Source of the DNA: Hyalangium minutum
Lineage (GTDB): Bacteria; Myxococcota; Myxococcia; Myxococcales; Myxococcaceae
Assembly (NCBI RefSeq): GCF_000737315.1
Contig: NZ_JMCB01000018.1
Coordinates: forward strand, 1-64,000
Reading direction: 5' to 3'
Length of the DNA stretch: 64,000 nucleotides
Below the pieces are notes generated by a model that worked only from the letters and a program-made list of their open reading frames with translations, searched no databases and was not told the DNA's origin. A program made the translations under genes and the position numbers. The stretch's first letter is position 1. Every line of letters starts with the position of its first letter. This document shows, piece by piece, positions 39,375 through 49,300 of the stretch.

Positions 39375-40616
39375 TCAGCCCTCTGCGGAGAGATCCCAGG
39401 TGATGGGCAGGTGCTCGAATCCTCGCAGCATGAAGTACGGCCGGCGAACGATGGCCTCATCCGTGTGCAGCCGGAGATTCGGCAGCCGCCGGAGCAAGTG
39501 CTCGAAGGCGATCCGCCCCTCCAGCTTCGCCAGCGGGGCTCCGACACAGAAGTGAATGCCCTTGCCGAAGGCCAGGTGCTTCTTGGCATCGGCGCGGTGG
39601 ATGTCGAAGCGCTCCGGCTCGGAGAACTGGGTCTCATCCCGATTCCCAGACGCGTAGAGGATGAACAGCCGAGCGCCCTTCGGGATCGAGACTCCTCCTA
39701 GCTGCGTGTCCGTGGTCACCGTCCGGAAGAAGCCCACGATGGGCGCCTCCATGCGCAGCATCTCCTCAATGGCGTTGGGCAGCAGCTCCGGAGCGACCCG
39801 CAGCGCCTGGAACTGCTCGGGGTGCCGAAACAGCAACCCCATGCCGTTGCCGATGAGGCCCGTCGTGGTCTCGTGGCCCGCGGCCATCAGGTCCATGGCG
39901 TTGCAGACCGCCTCCTGGTGGCTCAGCGGCGCGGAACCGCCCATCGACTGAGGCACCAGGAGCGTGAGCAGATCCTCGCGAGGGCTCTTGCTGCGCTCCT
40001 CGAGCTTCTCGATGAAGTAGCGCTGCATCGCGATGAAGCCGTGCGCGGCCTGCACCTGTTGCTCCAGGGGAGCCGTGGCCGACATCAGCAAGGTCTTCTC
40101 ATCCGACCAGCGCTTGAGCTGCTCCATGTCGGAGCGCGGCACGCCCAGCAGATCACAGATGAGATAGCCAGGCAGGGCATAGGCGAACTGCTGGATCAGA
40201 TCCGCCCTCCCCTCCTGGATGAAGCCGTCGATGAGCGCGTCCGCCGTCGCGCGGATCTCGGGCTCCATCGCAGCGATGCGGTGGGCGCTCAAGGCCTTGC
40301 CGAACACCGCTCGCGTCCGGGTGTGGTCCGGAGGGTCACTCTGAACCAGCGAGACGAACTTGGCGTACCCCTGCTGGAGGACCCGAAGAACCTCGGGGTG
40401 TGGCTCGCTCCGGGCATCGAGCGCGCCAGCTGACGAGAAGCGCGAGGGATCCTTTTCGACCTCCGCGATGTCCGAGTACCGGCTGACCACCCACAGGTCG
40501 AACATGGAGCTGTGAAAGACCGGCAGCTCGCGCCGCATCCTCGCGTAGAGCGGATACGGGTCCTCGAGCTGCTCGGGTGCCATTGGGTTGAACTGCTGGG
40601 TGATCTCGCTTGCCAT
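39375..40616 (-). CDS. Cytochrome P450
   Basis: AGHETT, EEMLR, HLAFGKGIHFCVG. Confidence 0.95.
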   Translation of the reverse strand: MASEITQQFNPMAPEQLEDPYPLYARMRRELPVFHSSMFDLWVVSRYSDIAEVEKDPSRFSSAGALDARSEPHPEVLRVLQQGYAKFVSLVQSDPPDHTRTRAVFGKALSAHRIAAMEPEIRATADALIDGFIQEGRADLIQQFAYALPGYLICDLLGVPRSDMEQLKRWSDEKTLLMSATAPLEQQVQAAHGFIAMQRYFIEKLEERSKSPREDLLTLLVPQSMGGSAPLSHQEAVCNAMDLMAAGHETTTGLIGNGMGLLFRHPEQFQALRVAPELLPNAIEEMLRMEAPIVGFFRTVTTDTQLGGVSIPKGARLFILYASGNRDETQFSEPERFDIHRADAKKHLAFGKGIHFCVGAPLAKLEGRIAFEHLLRRLPNLRLHTDEAIVRRPYFMLRGFEHLPITWDLSAEG

Positions 40617-41131
40617 GGACAGAAGGATTGAACTTTTGCAGGCCACACTTGGCCGGGTTGGGGCTGCCACGCCGTGACAGTCTGTTGACTACTTGACAGA
40701 AGGCTTCAGGGGGGCTTTTTCAATGACAGACAGGCCCTTTTTGCCCATCAAGAGAGGCCTCCATGAGTCTGCCGTCTTCCCTGGCACGAGAGAATCAGTC
40801 CGCGAAGTCTCTGTCCAACCGCCAAGGCAACGCGCTCAGCCATGCGCTCTGGCCATGGGTCCAGCGGGGTCTGGTCTATCCCTCCCCCTCATCACCTGAG
40901 CCAACCCCGAGACGTTCGAGCAGGCGTCGAGCGCCGCTGAGGCTCACGGCACCGGGCGAGGAGCGCAGAGAGCGCCTCGCCCTACGTGGGCAAATCCCAC
41001 ACCTGAGCGTGAGTGTCGCCTCAAGTCAGATAAAGCCTCTGTGGGGAGCGTTTCACCAAGCCCGGGCCTCCTTTTGAGGAGAATTTCCCCAGCCGGGGAA
41101 CCCACAGGCCCTGAATTCGCGAACTTCCCTG

Positions 41132-41147
41132 CGGCACGGATGCTGCT
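41132..41147 (+). promoter_or_regulatory. sigma54-like promoter
   Basis: CGGCACGGATGCTGCT = GG-N10-GC, about 65 bp upstream of ATG 41213. Confidence 0.55.
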
Positions 41148-41212
41148 TTGTCTGTCAATGGATTCGGCGCATGGCGTGCCGAACCGAAGCCCCCAACCTG
41201 GAGACACCCACC

Positions 41213-41410
41213 ATGAAGACGCTCATCGCCGCCATCGCCCTCGTTGCCACCACCGCCTTCGCGAGCGAGCCCGCCAAGACCGAGACCAAGCCGGCTCCGG
41301 CGGCTGAGGCCAAGACCGACTCCAAGGGCGAGGCGAAGCCCGAGGCCGCCAAGGCCGAGAAGGACGGCAAGAAGGCCGACGCTCCGAAGACCGCGGCCGA
41401 GACCAAGTAG
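41213..41410 (+). CDS. Small secreted Ala/Lys/Glu-rich protein (65 aa)
   Basis: Signal peptide MKTLIAAIALVATTAFA; RBS ggag; hairpins downstream. Confidence 0.8.
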   Translation: MKTLIAAIALVATTAFASEPAKTETKPAPAAEAKTDSKGEAKPEAAKAEKDGKKADAPKTAAETK

Positions 41411-41508
41411 TCACCGCGCTCCCTCGGGAGCGAGTCGGGGCGCTCTCCTCTCAGCTCGAGGAGGGCGCCCCTTTTCTTTGCTGCAAGTCCAGACAGCGCT
41501 GGACCGTC

Positions 41509-42024
41509 TCAGAGCTGGCCGCTGTCCTCGATCTTGACCTGCTGCGACGTCCTGCCCGACGGAGAGCCCACACCCTCGATCTTCTTCACCACGTCCATGC
41601 CCTCGACGACCTTGCCGAACACGACGTGCTTGCCGTCGAGCCAGGGCGTCGCGACGGTGGTGAGGAAGAACTGCGAGCCGTTGGTGTTGCGGCCCGCGTT
41701 GGCCATGGACAGGAAGCCCGGGGCGGTGTGCTTGTGCTTGAAGTTCTCGTCCGCGAACTTCTCGCCGTAGATGGACTCGCCGCCCGTGCCATTGCCGGCG
41801 GTGAAGTCGCCGCCCTGGCACATGAAGTTCGGGATGACGCGGTGGAAGGCCGAGCCCTTGTAGTGCAGCGGCTTGCCCAGCTCGCCGATGCCCTTCTCGC
41901 CGGTGCACAGGGCGCGGAAGTTCTCGGCCGTCTTGGGAACATCGTCCGAGAAGAGTTCAATGACGATGCGGCCCGCAGGCTCAGAACCAATCGAGATGTC
42001 GAAGAAGACCTTGGTGTTTGCCAT
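41509..42024 (-). CDS. Cyclophilin-type peptidyl-prolyl isomerase
   Basis: [39 protein letters not shown]. Confidence 0.96.
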   Translation of the reverse strand: MANTKVFFDISIGSEPAGRIVIELFSDDVPKTAENFRALCTGEKGIGELGKPLHYKGSAFHRVIPNFMCQGGDFTAGNGTGGESIYGEKFADENFKHKHTAPGFLSMANAGRNTNGSQFFLTTVATPWLDGKHVVFGKVVEGMDVVKKIEGVGSPSGRTSQQVKIEDSGQL

Positions 42025-42094
42025 ATCCACTTGCTCCTATTGAGGGGGCGAAGGACGGAAGTACCAGAGACGACCGTCGCGGGGGCAGCAACTA

Positions 42095-42865
42095 TCACTC
42101 TCGCGTGCGCTGCGTAACACCCTTCCGGGCCAGGAGCAGCATGCGAGGCCCCTCCAACCGTCGCGCACTGAGCCGGAAGTCCCCGAGGATCTTCACATCC
42201 TGGAAGCCTGCGCCCTCGAGGAAGTGCCTCGCCTCTTGCGGAAAGAGCATCCGGAAGGTGGAGCGGGGATCTCTCCGGGGGCGGCGCCCCTCCACCCGCC
42301 AGGTCACCTGCTCCGTGAAGCACTGCGTCTCCTCGAGGACGGTGTGCTCCAGGGTCGCCGTGGCCTGGACGTTGCCCAGGAGGAACCGGTGCTCGGAGGT
42401 GCTCCGGAAGGGACGCGCCTGGATGAAGGCCATCGCGTTGACGACGTCGATGAGGAGCACCCCTCCCGGGCGGAGGGCACGGTGGAAGCTCGCCAGGGTG
42501 GCGGTGAGGTCCTCGTTGCGGACGTTGTAGAGGAAAGTGGTGCCCAGGCACGTCAGCACGTGAAACGACGCGCGCAGCCGCAGCCGGCGCATGTCCCCCA
42601 CGTGGAAGGGAACCTGGGAATACTTCCGCCGTGCGGCCTGGATGAAGGCCGGGGTGAGATCCACCCCCGTGGACTGGAAGCCACGCGCCGCCAGCTCGCC
42701 ACACAGCACCCCAGTGGCGCATCCCACGTCGAGCAGCGTGGGCCCCGTGGACGCCAGCAGCCGCGCGACGAAGCCCGCACGCCGCGGATCCAGCTGGAAG
42801 ACCTGGTCCCAGACGTCAGGGTGGGTATGAAGGAAGGTCCTGAGCAACGCGGGCTTATGAGCCAA
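42095..42865 (-). CDS. Class I SAM-dependent methyltransferase
   Basis: LLDVGCATG, GVDLTP, GDMR; overlaps the menA stop. Confidence 0.85.
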   Translation of the reverse strand: MAHKPALLRTFLHTHPDVWDQVFQLDPRRAGFVARLLASTGPTLLDVGCATGVLCGELAARGFQSTGVDLTPAFIQAARRKYSQVPFHVGDMRRLRLRASFHVLTCLGTTFLYNVRNEDLTATLASFHRALRPGGVLLIDVVNAMAFIQARPFRSTSEHRFLLGNVQATATLEHTVLEETQCFTEQVTWRVEGRRPRRDPRSTFRMLFPQEARHFLEGAGFQDVKILGDFRLSARRLEGPRMLLLARKGVTQRTRE

Positions 42866-43790
42866 CCACCAACCCCAGCGAGAAGAGGACTCCGAAGACG
42901 AGCTGAAACCGGGCGGTGGCGCCCAAGGCGGCGTTGAGCTCAGCGCCGGAGCGGGTGAGCATCAACCGCAGCGGGCGAAAGGCCACCGGCAGGCTGAGCA
43001 GCGCCAGGAGGACCCAAGGACCCGCCAGGCCCAGCACCCACATCACCACCGGGGACACGAGCGTGAGCGCCACCAAGGCGGTGTACTGGGCCCTCGCCAT
43101 CCGAGCCCCGAAGCGGACCGCCAGCGTCCGCTTCCCCGCCTTCTCATCCGTGCCGATATCCCGCAGGTTGTTGACCACCAGCAGCGCCGTGGCGCTGGCT
43201 CCCACGGGGATGGCGGCCCACCACACGGTCTCCTCGAGCATGCCGGTCTGGCCGTAATAGCCCCAGGCGACCCAGGTGAAGCCGAAGAGGAGGAAGACGA
43301 ACACGTCTCCCAGCCCGTGATAGCCGAGCGGAAAGGGACCTCCGGTGTACGCGAAGCCGATCAGCACGGACACCGCGGCGAGCGCCACCACCGTCCAACC
43401 GCCCCACACCGACAGCCCGCCGCTCAAAGCCAAGGCCAACCCAAAGCACCCCCACGCTCCGGCCCGCACCTGGCCCGGGGAGATGAGCCCGTTCGCCGTC
43501 ACCCGCGGAGGCCCCAGGCGCTCGGCCGTGTCCGCGCCCCTCACGAAGTCGTAGTAGTCATTGGCCAGGTTGATGCCCACCTGGATGAGCATCGCGCAGA
43601 CGAAGGTGAGCACCGCGGGCAGGAGGTTGCTTACCCCGTGCCGATGCGCCAGCGCCGTCGCTACGAGGAAGGGGACGGTGCCCGAGATCAGCGTCTTCGG
43701 GCGTGCCGCCATGAGCCACACGCCAGGAGATGCGGCGGGAACCTTGACGACTAAACCGGGCGAGTCCACTTGTCCCTCCTCGGAACGCAC
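42855..43790 (-). CDS. menA: 1,4-dihydroxy-2-naphthoate polyprenyltransferase
   Basis: ARPKTL, NLANDYYD..RGADT, YTGGPFPLGY.GLGD, VNNLRDI..D..AGKRTLAVR. Confidence 0.93.
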   Translation of the reverse strand: MRSEEGQVDSPGLVVKVPAASPGVWLMAARPKTLISGTVPFLVATALAHRHGVSNLLPAVLTFVCAMLIQVGINLANDYYDFVRGADTAERLGPPRVTANGLISPGQVRAGAWGCFGLALALSGGLSVWGGWTVVALAAVSVLIGFAYTGGPFPLGYHGLGDVFVFLLFGFTWVAWGYYGQTGMLEETVWWAAIPVGASATALLVVNNLRDIGTDEKAGKRTLAVRFGARMARAQYTALVALTLVSPVVMWVLGLAGPWVLLALLSLPVAFRPLRLMLTRSGAELNAALGATARFQLVFGVLFSLGLVVGS

Positions 43791-44158
43791 CGCTTTGGAC
43801 TGTCACAGGCACTACCACGGCGCTCGCCCGGCCAGCAAACTCCACCCGGACAATGGGTGAAGTGGCCGCTGAAGGCCTCGGAGTTGGCTCCGCCGTTCGC
43901 CTGGGGCGGCACTCTGAGGGACTTGCTCCACCCCAAGCGCGTCAAGGACAACGCCGAGCCCAGATGCCCGAACGACCTCCGCCCCCTTCCCGCCCGAGCA
44001 GCACCTGAGGACCCGCGGGGGGAGCAGGGCGACCTCCGCACGGGTGAGTGCCTGTGGTGATCGCAGTGACACCTGTCTACCGTCCGGTGACGCGGCCGGA
44101 GCGTGCTAAGCCCCTCGAGAAGGCCGCGATTTCCAGCGGCTGCTGGAGAGAGGCGGGA

Positions 44159-46285
44159 ATGCGGATCGTTCGGAGAGTCCTGATCGGGCTGGGCATGCTG
44201 CTCGTGGCTGCCGCGCTCGGGCTCGCCACCTGGGAGCCGTTGCTCGCCGCCCGCGCCGCCCCGCCGCCCGCGCGCTCCTACGACGTGACGATCACCCGCG
44301 ACACTTTCGGCGTGCCGCACATCTTCGGCAAGACCGATCCCGACGTTGCCTATGGCATTGGGTATGCCCATGCCGAGGATGATTTCTCGACGCTGCAGGA
44401 AGTGCTGGCGATGACCCGCGGCCGGCTCGGCGCGCTCAAGGGTCCGGACGGAGCCAAGACCGATTTCGTCGTCCACCTTCTTGGCGCCCGCGCCACGGTC
44501 ACGCGCGATTACCTGCAGCAGCCCGCCGACGTTCGCGCGTTGCTCGATGGCTACGCTTCGGGCCTCAATCGCTATGCCGAGACGCATCCGGGCGAAGTGC
44601 GGCTGTCCAGGCTGTTCCCGGTCAATGGCGAGGATGTCGCGACCGGTTTCGTCGTCCGCTCGCCCTTCTTCTTCGGGCTGGAGGGCGTGCTCGGTTCGCT
44701 CGCCGGCGACAAGCCGCTGCCCATCGAACGCGCCGGCTCGCTGCCCGAAGCGCCTGCTGTCACGCCGCTGGGGTCCGAACCGGACCAGGCCGGCTCCAAC
44801 GCCTTCGTCGTCGCGCCCCAGCGCTCGGCGGACGGCTTCACCCGCCTCGTCTCCAATTCGCACCAGCCCTGGCGCGGCGGCGCGGCGTGGTACGAGCTCG
44901 TCGTCCATTCGCAGACCGGCTGGGATTTCGCGGGCGCGCTCCTCCCCGGCGCGCCCTACCCGCTGCTGGGGCACAACAAGACGCTCGGCTGGACCAACAC
45001 CGTCAACCGCCCCGACTTGATCGACGTTTACCAGCTCGTCACCGATGGCGGCCGTTATCGCTATGACGGCCAGTGGCGGCCTTTGGAGAAGCAGCGCGTC
45101 TGGCTGCCGGTCAAGCTCTGGGGACCGGTCGTGTTGCCGGTGCCCAAGACGGTCTATCGCGCGGTGCAGGGGCCGGTGATCGTCAACACGAGCGGCAGCT
45201 ATGCAATCCGCTATGGCGGCGGCGACCAGCTCAAGATGGTCGAGGAGTATTACCGGCTCAACCGAGCCCCCGATTTCACCCAATGGCAGGCGGCGCTGGC
45301 GATGCAGGGCATTCCCGGTACCAACTTTCTCTATGGCGACGCCGCCGGAAACATCGCCTTTTTCTACAATGCCAGCTTCCCCAACCGGAAGCCGGGCTTC
45401 GACTATTCGAAGGTGCTGCCGGGAGACACCTCGAGCGCTTATGCCCCGGGCACCGTTCCGTGGAGCAGCGTCCCGCGCAATGTGAATCCGGCCTCGGGCA
45501 TCCTGATCAACGGCAACAACTCTCCGTATCAGGCAGCGGGGCTGGGATCGGAAATCCCGCCTCAGCCGCCCTTGCTCGGCGTCGAGACGGACACCACCAA
45601 CCGTGGTGACCGCGCGCTGGAGTTGATGAGCGCCGTGCCATTGATCTCCGAGGAGGACTTGAAGCGGATCAAATTCGATACCGGCGTCGCCAAGGGCGGT
45701 TATCTGGAGGCGTGGTTCAAAGAGCTGCTCTCGGTCGATCCTCAGGGCGACGAGCGGATCGCGGAAGCGCGCGCGCTGCTCTCCCAGTGGGACTGGAACT
45801 GGGACGGCAAGGGGCCCGCGGACTCGCTCGCTTTCTCGATCCTGCGCTCGCCCCATCGCTTCCATTACGAGCGGAAACCCCAGCCCGATCCGCGCGCGGT
45901 GATGGCCGAGGCGGCGGGCTATCTGCGGAAGCATTTCGGCAAGCTCGACGTGCCGCTCGGCGAGCTGATCCGCCTGCGCCAGGGCAAGGTCGACTTGCCT
46001 TTGGATGGCGGTCCGGATTCGCTCCGCGCCGCGACCAGCTACGACGAGGCGTCTGACGGCCGCCTCGCGATCCGCCACGGCGACAGCTTCATCCTGTTCA
46101 TGACGTGGGACAAAGCGGGCCGGGTGCACTCGGAATCGGTCCAGCCGTTCGGGTCGGCCAGCACGCGGCCGGATTCACCACATTATACCGATCAGGCGCA
46201 GCTCTTCGTGCAGCACCAGTTCAAGCCGGTGTGGTTCGATCCGGCGGAGCTCGAGGCGCATGCGGAGAGAAGCTACCGGCCGTAA
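44159..46285 (+). CDS. Penicillin/AHL acylase family Ntn-hydrolase
   Basis: RDTFGVPHI, GYAHAED, GSNAF (beta-chain Ser), SNSHQPW, GWTNTVN, NGNN. Confidence 0.9.
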   Translation: MRIVRRVLIGLGMLLVAAALGLATWEPLLAARAAPPPARSYDVTITRDTFGVPHIFGKTDPDVAYGIGYAHAEDDFSTLQEVLAMTRGRLGALKGPDGAKTDFVVHLLGARATVTRDYLQQPADVRALLDGYASGLNRYAETHPGEVRLSRLFPVNGEDVATGFVVRSPFFFGLEGVLGSLAGDKPLPIERAGSLPEAPAVTPLGSEPDQAGSNAFVVAPQRSADGFTRLVSNSHQPWRGGAAWYELVVHSQTGWDFAGALLPGAPYPLLGHNKTLGWTNTVNRPDLIDVYQLVTDGGRYRYDGQWRPLEKQRVWLPVKLWGPVVLPVPKTVYRAVQGPVIVNTSGSYAIRYGGGDQLKMVEEYYRLNRAPDFTQWQAALAMQGIPGTNFLYGDAAGNIAFFYNASFPNRKPGFDYSKVLPGDTSSAYAPGTVPWSSVPRNVNPASGILINGNNSPYQAAGLGSEIPPQPPLLGVETDTTNRGDRALELMSAVPLISEEDLKRIKFDTGVAKGGYLEAWFKELLSVDPQGDERIAEARALLSQWDWNWDGKGPADSLAFSILRSPHRFHYERKPQPDPRAVMAEAAGYLRKHFGKLDVPLGELIRLRQGKVDLPLDGGPDSLRAATSYDEASDGRLAIRHGDSFILFMTWDKAGRVHSESVQPFGSASTRPDSPHYTDQAQLFVQHQFKPVWFDPAELEAHAERSYRP

Positions 46286-46311
46286 CCCACTGAAGGAGCG
46301 CTCTGCCTGAG

Positions 46312-49300
46312 CTACAGGCCAGAGCGCGGGTGCCCCTTGTCCACTGTGCTCAAGGGGGCGCTCGCGGCCCCTTCCTTGGACGGAGCCGCACCTGTCCAGG
46401 TCTCCGCCACGGCCTCCACGAGGCGATCGATGTCGATGGGCTTGGCCAGGTGCCGCTGGAATCCAGCGCCGAGCGCCGCTCGACGGTCTGCGTCGCTGAC
46501 GAGCGCTGTGAGGGCTATCGCCGGGATGTCTCCCCCTCGTTTGGGACCGAGGGCCCTCACTTTGCGGATGAGCGTGTTGCCGTCCTGTCCGGGCATCGCG
46601 ATGTCGCTCAGGAGGACTCCCGGCCTGAAGTCCTCGAAGAGCGCCAGCGCCGTCTCCGCTGACTCCGCCGTCCGGACCTCCGCGCCCGCCAGCCTCAGCA
46701 GCTCCGTCGCGGTCTCGCGTGTTTCGGGATCGTCATCCACCACGAGGATCCGCAGGCCCCTGAGCTGCAAGGAGGCTCCAGCGCTCTGGGGCTGGGGGTG
46801 GGCTTGAGTGTGCTCTGAACCGGCAGGGCTCACCGGGCCGGCCTGCTCCCTGCTGACAGGCATGAGAGGCAGGATGACCGTGAAGGTCGCTCCCTGGCCC
46901 TTGCCGGGACTCTCCGCGTGCACGGTCCCGCCGTGGAGCTCCACCAGGTGGCGGACGATCGCCAGCCCCAGGCCAAGCCCGCCGAACACCCGGGTGTTCG
47001 AGCTGTCCTCCTGCATGAACCGGTCGAAGACGCGCTGTAGGGCCTCGGCCTCGATCCCGGCCCCTCTGTCGCTCACCCGGAGCCGGGCATGCCCGTCCAT
47101 GGGCTCGAGCACCACGGTCACCCGCTGGCCAGCGGGGGAGAACTTGATGGCGTTGGTGAGCAGGTTCCACACGACCTGCTGCAGCCGCGTCGGATCGCCT
47201 GAGATCAGCCCCAGCGACTCATCCAGGGCGACCTCGAACGTGATCGACTTCTTGTCGGCCTGCGCGCTCACGCTCTCGAGCGCAGCCTGGACCACCGTGT
47301 GCAGGTGGATCGGCTGGAGCTGCATCAGGAGCTTGCCGGTGACGATGCGCGAGACGTCGAGCAGATCATCAATGAGCTGCACCTGCATCTTCGTGCTCCG
47401 CTCGATCGTCTCGCCCGCGCGCTTGAGCCTGGCGTCGTCCATCGCGCCGCGGCGCAAGAGCTGCGCCTGCATCAGCATGGTGGAGAGCGGGGTGCGCAGC
47501 TCGTGGGACAGGGTGGCCAGGAACTGGTCCTTCGCGCGGTTGGCCCGCTCGGCCTCCTCCTTCGCCTGCTGCGCCTGGGCGAGCAGCTCCGCGCGCTCGA
47601 GCTCCCGCTGCTTGCGCTCGGTGATGTCCTCGATGGCGAGCAGGAGCATGGGCATGCCGGTGCGTGAATGGACGGAGCGCGCGGAGAGCGCCATCCTCCT
47701 CCTCCCCACGTGGGGGAAGACGTGCTCGAGCTCCAGGCCCTCCAGGAGCGTGTTCTTGGCGAGCATCTGCCCCAGCGAGGCCCGCAGCTCTGGCACATCC
47801 CAGGCGCCCCCACTCAGCTCGAAGAGGCTCCTCGTCACGGTCTCGGCCGCCGAGGCCTTGTAGGCCTGGTAGAAGGCCTTGTTCGCCGAGAGGACACGCA
47901 GGTCCGCGTCGAGGACCATGAGCGGCACCTGCACGGCCTCCACGATGCCTGTGGCGTAGTCGCGCGCCCACTCCACCTGGCTGACCTGGCTCTTGAGCGC
48001 GTCGATGTCGACGAGCGACAGGATGGCGCCGTCGATCCGGTTCTCGGTCGTCTTGTAGGGTCGCAGGTGCATCCGGTACCAATGGCCGGCGCGGTCCTGG
48101 ACCTCGCGCTCCCGCACCGTGGCCGTCTCTATCACCTCGACGACTTGTGAGCCCAGGTCCGGCACGTCGATGTTCAGCGTGATGTCTTTGAGCGGCCGTC
48201 CCACGTCGGAGGGCAGGACGTTCATGATACTGCGCGCCTTCGGCGTGAAGCGCCGGATCCGCTGCTCGAGATCCAGGATGAGGATCGGGATGTCGACGGT
48301 GTTGAGGACGTTGACGAGATCGCTGTTGGCCAGGTTCAGCTCCTGGTTGCGGCTGTGGAGCTCGTCGTTGACCGTGGTCAACTCCTCGTTGGTGGACTGG
48401 AGCTCCTCCTTTGCCGTCTCGAGTTCCTCGTTGAGGCTCTGGAGCTCTTCATTGCTCGAGATGAGCTCCTCGTTGGCGGAGGCGAGCGCGTCGTTGGTGC
48501 GCCCATGCTCCTCGAGCAGGGACTGGAGGTAGTCCTTCGTGGCGGCCAGCTCGAGCTTCATCGCGGGGACGCGGTGGGCCTCCTTCCCCTTCGCCGGCCT
48601 GGCGGTCTCCTGATGGACGGGCTTTTTCCCCCGCTTCCCGGGCAGGGCCACCTCTTCGAACATCACCACATAGAGGCGCTCCTTCTCCTCGGGGAGCCCC
48701 GCGACGGGGACCACGACGATGTCACACAGGTGCGTGGAGCCATTCTGGCCCACCTGCACCCCTTCCATCCGGGTGGGGGCGCTCTTCTTCCGCGCCTGGG
48801 CGAGCGCCACGCGCAGGGGGGAGAGCAGTCCTTCACGCGCCATCTTGAGGATGTTGAACTGGGGCTCTCCCGGCGCGGGCTCGAGGTAGGGACCGGTGTG
48901 CCCGCGAAACTGGACGATCTCCAGCTTGTCGTTGACGACGACTCCGGGCGGCGCATACCGGCTCAAGAGGAGGCGATCAATCCGCCTCGCCGCATCGGGA
49001 GGGGAGCCGGCGTGCTCCATGGAGGCGTGGCCGCTCACCGGCTTCTCGGGGGGCTGAAACACGGAGCCTCGTGTGAACCGGAGCTTGCTGGGACCCGCCG
49101 ATCGCGCGAGGAGCTTCTGGGCCTTGTTCACCGGGATGAAGAGCTGGCTGAACCCCGAGATGCTCTCTGTGCGCCCGAGCAGGAGGAAGCCTGGGTCGTT
49201 CAGGCAGTAGTGGAAGGTGGCCAGCACCCTCTTCTGGAGCTCGGGGGTGAAGTAGATGAGGACGTTGCGGCAGGTCACCAGATCCAGCTTGGAGAAGGGC

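Noticed and set aside
40721-41160. TGTCTGTCAWTG motif facing both divergent genes (40721-40732 minus, 41149-41160 plus)
   Set aside because: Only two 12-mers and no regulator nearby; not enough support.
43800-44150. Short ORFs between menA and the acylase
   Set aside because: No RBS, motifs or consistent frame; possibly a gene remnant but unassignable.
7093-46129. Very long opposite-strand ORFs (e.g. 7093..10191 +, 11427..14321 -, 19017..21839 -, 28021..29838 +, 36347..39004 +, 43751..46129 -)
   Set aside because: They are shadow ORFs of well-supported genes in high-GC DNA, with Arg/Ala/Gly/His-rich translations and no motifs. Only the 9478-10191 tail of the first looks real.
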